Assembly: GCA_963790475.1 (NCBI GenBank)
Contig: CAWBOS010000010.1
Coordinates: 704,001-768,000 of the forward strand
DNA length: 64,000 bases
Source of the DNA: an uncultured delta proteobacterium
GTDB taxonomy: Bacteria > Desulfobacterota > RBG-13-43-22
Direction: 5' to 3'
The notes beneath the pieces are model-generated. The model was not told the DNA's origin. It ran no database searches and saw nothing but the letters and a program-made list of their open reading frames with translations. The stretch's first letter is position 1, and every line of letters begins with the position of its first letter. The translations under genes were made by a program, and so were the position numbers. This document shows positions 61,624 to 64,000 of this stretch, in pieces.

Positions 61624-61685
61624 TTTTTTTTGGTCGTTATAATACATCTAGATGTTTAGCTGCCTAATTATATGGAGGTTTTAAA

Positions 61686-61892
61686 ATGAGACTTTGGCTA
61701 AAAGTTAAAATACTGGACAATTATAAAACCCAGCGTGCTTTTGCCGTGTCCTGTTCCAGAACCGAAGACTGGATCTCACGAATAGTCCGGGGAATTAAAG
61801 ATCCGCCTAAAGAAGAAAAAGAACTGATCGCCCAAAAACTTGGTGCCAGCGACCCTGAACAAATCGACCATTTATTCTTCAACAAAGAGTGA
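61686..61892 (+). CDS. small XRE/Cro(Ner)-like HTH protein
   Basis: TQRAFAVSCSRTEDWISRIVRG; GGAGG RBS. Confidence 0.75.
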   Translation: MRLWLKVKILDNYKTQRAFAVSCSRTEDWISRIVRGIKDPPKEEKELIAQKLGASDPEQIDHLFFNKE

Positions 61893-63601
61893 AAATGGAT
61901 ATTCCTAAGACCTGGCAAGAGGAAAAGGCAGAGAGGCGGGAAGAGATAGTACGGGAATATCTTGCAGCCGCCGAAACCGTAGCCAGGAAAAACAAAACAT
62001 CGTTTAAAAAGCAATTCGCGAAATTAAAGGGAATCACTTATCGAACTCTCGATAGCTGGGTCCATCTTTTTAAAGATGTTGGACCACGTGGCTTGCTCCC
62101 TGCCGAGAGATCAAGACGAGGATTTTTTGGAAAGAATCCCGACATAGCCCTATCTTTCGAACAAAAGGTTATGCGAAGAAATGGCCTCCTGATCAAGGTA
62201 GCAATAGAGGAAACAATCAAAGAATATCCGGACAGAAATCTTCCTTCTCCTAAAACCTATTATAATTATATGGAATCAAGGTTTGGAAAACCTCTGTTAG
62301 ACATGGTCCAGTCTCCGGAAAAATACGCCAGAGAACATTCCATCCATATAAACAGAGATTGGAATATCGGGATTAATCGGCTTTGGGTAGGTGATACGAA
62401 ACAGTGTGATCTTTATGCTCTACTAGGGAAAAAACCTGTCCTGGTATCATTGGTCGCCTTCATGGATTGTCATAGCCGATTATTCACGGGGTATGTTCTG
62501 ACCGCCTCCCCTAATTCTTTAGAGATAGGCCAAGCATTCTATAATGGAATCATGAAACACGGCGTCCCAAAAGCCGTCCATATTGACAGGGGCAAAGATT
62601 ATAAAAGTAAGTACTTCAGTGGGGAAAAAGGAGAAAAAAATAAGAATCATGAGTTTTTCGATGATCTTGAAAAAACGAGGATTCCAGGAATACTTCGGCA
62701 GCTTAATGTCGAAATTATTCAAGCGGCCCCTTATAACGCCAAAGAAAAATTAATAGAAAGTAATTTCGGATTTTTAACTGAAAGCTTACGTGATGTACCT
62801 GGATACCGGGGGCATAATTTAAAAACTCGGCCAAAAAAGCTTTCCCACGAAATTAAATCTAAAAAACTCCTTTCTTTTGAAGAAGCCTGTCAAGAGATAG
62901 AGAACCGAATTGAAAGACGTAATAATGAAATTAAGCACACGACAACCAAGGAAATACCTATTTCCTTTTATAAGGATTTCGTTCCTCAAATTCCTTCTCA
63001 GGCTTTTCTAAATTATCTCCTCATGGAAGTGCATTTCGTGAAAGCTAGAAACTCCGGCGTTAATATCGATGGTCATTTTTACCGTGGCGAGGATCTCTTC
63101 CCGATCGCCGGTGAGCTGGTCGAGGTTAGAAGAAATCCAAAGGATATAGGCCGCGTGGCTGTCATTCACAAAAACGAATATTTTGGAATGGCCTTTGAAG
63201 AACTGCTAGGCGATCACTGGAGCCAAATAACTCTTCAAAACCGAAATACAGCAAAAAAAATCAGGCGAAAAATCCACAAGATGCAAAAAGAGATTTGGGG
63301 TTGGGAAAATATTACTGATGATCCTCGCCGAATGGAAATTAAAGTTGCTGAAGAAGAGGCCCTCCCAAATAAAGAGGATATTAGTCCGGCTCCAAAATCC
63401 AACGTCATCTCTATTATTGACCCAATAAGGGAAAGAATTTCTCGAAAAATCGATAAGGATTTCAATCAGACTAAAAATGAGTCAGAAGAGGCTCGGGTTG
63501 CTGCCAATGGAGAAAGTAGAAATGTCCTTCCCTCACGACTCTTAAATGCCTTGGGTGGACTTTCATTCGGCAGAAAAAAACCAGACGATGAAGATTTTTA
63601 A
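61889..63601 (+). CDS. Mu transposase (MuA/TnsB-like DDE)
   Basis: N-terminal HTH; LWVGD, HIDRGKDY, PYNAKEKLIE catalytic motifs; Mu C-terminal domain GVNIDGHFY. Confidence 0.88.
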   Translation: MKMDIPKTWQEEKAERREEIVREYLAAAETVARKNKTSFKKQFAKLKGITYRTLDSWVHLFKDVGPRGLLPAERSRRGFFGKNPDIALSFEQKVMRRNGLLIKVAIEETIKEYPDRNLPSPKTYYNYMESRFGKPLLDMVQSPEKYAREHSIHINRDWNIGINRLWVGDTKQCDLYALLGKKPVLVSLVAFMDCHSRLFTGYVLTASPNSLEIGQAFYNGIMKHGVPKAVHIDRGKDYKSKYFSGEKGEKNKNHEFFDDLEKTRIPGILRQLNVEIIQAAPYNAKEKLIESNFGFLTESLRDVPGYRGHNLKTRPKKLSHEIKSKKLLSFEEACQEIENRIERRNNEIKHTTTKEIPISFYKDFVPQIPSQAFLNYLLMEVHFVKARNSGVNIDGHFYRGEDLFPIAGELVEVRRNPKDIGRVAVIHKNEYFGMAFEELLGDHWSQITLQNRNTAKKIRRKIHKMQKEIWGWENITDDPRRMEIKVAEEEALPNKEDISPAPKSNVISIIDPIRERISRKIDKDFNQTKNESEEARVAANGESRNVLPSRLLNALGGLSFGRKKPDDEDF

Positions 63602-63613
63602 AGGAGATTTACA

Positions 63614-64000
63614 ATGTCCCCTAAACAGGCGTTAAAGCTGGATTCAATAGATAATCTGAATTCCGAAAATGTGGACAATGTGCGCGCGAGACTTAATTTA
63701 GAAATAAATAAGGGTGGGTCTTCTCAAAATCGTCTTGCCAACAAATCCGGTCTTAGCAGCTCCACCGTTAGCCTGTTTATGCGTAACAAATACCCAGGGA
63801 ATAATCTTGAAATTGCAAAAAAAATAGAACCCTTTTTGGAACCGTTTCTGGAACAAAAAAAGGATGGTCTCGGGTTATCCGCCAAGAATTTCAGAATTCT
63901 CTTAACCAGCATAGCTTTAAAAATGTGGTTTGCCATTCAAATAGCAGACCAAGAGGGCGACATGGTGGCCATTCTTGGTTCAAGTGGAATCGGTAAAACG
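63614..64000 (+). CDS. MuB-like transposition ATPase (partial)
   Basis: not in the ORF track; AAGGAG RBS, HTH SQNRLANKSGLSSSTVSLFMRNKYPG, Walker A GSSGIGKT at the window end. Confidence 0.85.
   Translation, partial: MSPKQALKLDSIDNLNSENVDNVRARLNLEINKGGSSQNRLANKSGLSSSTVSLFMRNKYPGNNLEIAKKIEPFLEPFLEQKKDGLGLSAKNFRILLTSIALKMWFAIQIADQEGDMVAILGSSGIGKT

Larger units (their letters stand above)
60711..64000 (+). mobile_element. Mu-like transposable element/prophage, left part (truncated by the window)
   Basis: MerR-HTH, XRE-HTH, MuA-like DDE transposase and MuB-like ATPase; AT-richer; left end tentatively TGT at 60711. Confidence 0.75.

Overview
64-kb chromosomal window, most likely from a Desulfobacterota/deltaproteobacterial genome (inferred from gene content). 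Scattered +1 indels, including three in the essential glyQ gene, suggest an error-prone long-read assembly. From left to right it holds: (i) two short tandem flagellins with sigma28 promoters, followed by a TPR-glycosyltransferase/methyltransferase island; (ii) mtgA and a LonC-like protease; (iii) two tandem type IV minor-pilin cassettes (fimT-pilV-pilW-pilX), each headed by its own c-di-GMP-I riboswitch whose P1 abuts the start codon; (iv) housekeeping genes (S1 paralog, 5'-nucleotidase, corC, ParB-like plus SPL-like radical SAM, ppiC, tRNA-Arg, recD2, ino1 plus CDP-alcohol phosphotransferase, acuB, surA, asnS, recO, glyQS); (v) sigma28-linked chemoreceptor loci with a divergent RelA/SpoT-like protein and a small Xis/BldC-like HTH gene; (vi) the left part of a Mu-like transposable element. 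The most notable signals are a repeated architecture (IHF-like site, 9-10-bp phased direct repeats, sigma28 promoter) that also precedes the Xis/BldC-like gene, the riboswitch-gated duplicated pilin-tip cassettes, and the degenerate alarmone-synthetase-like protein.
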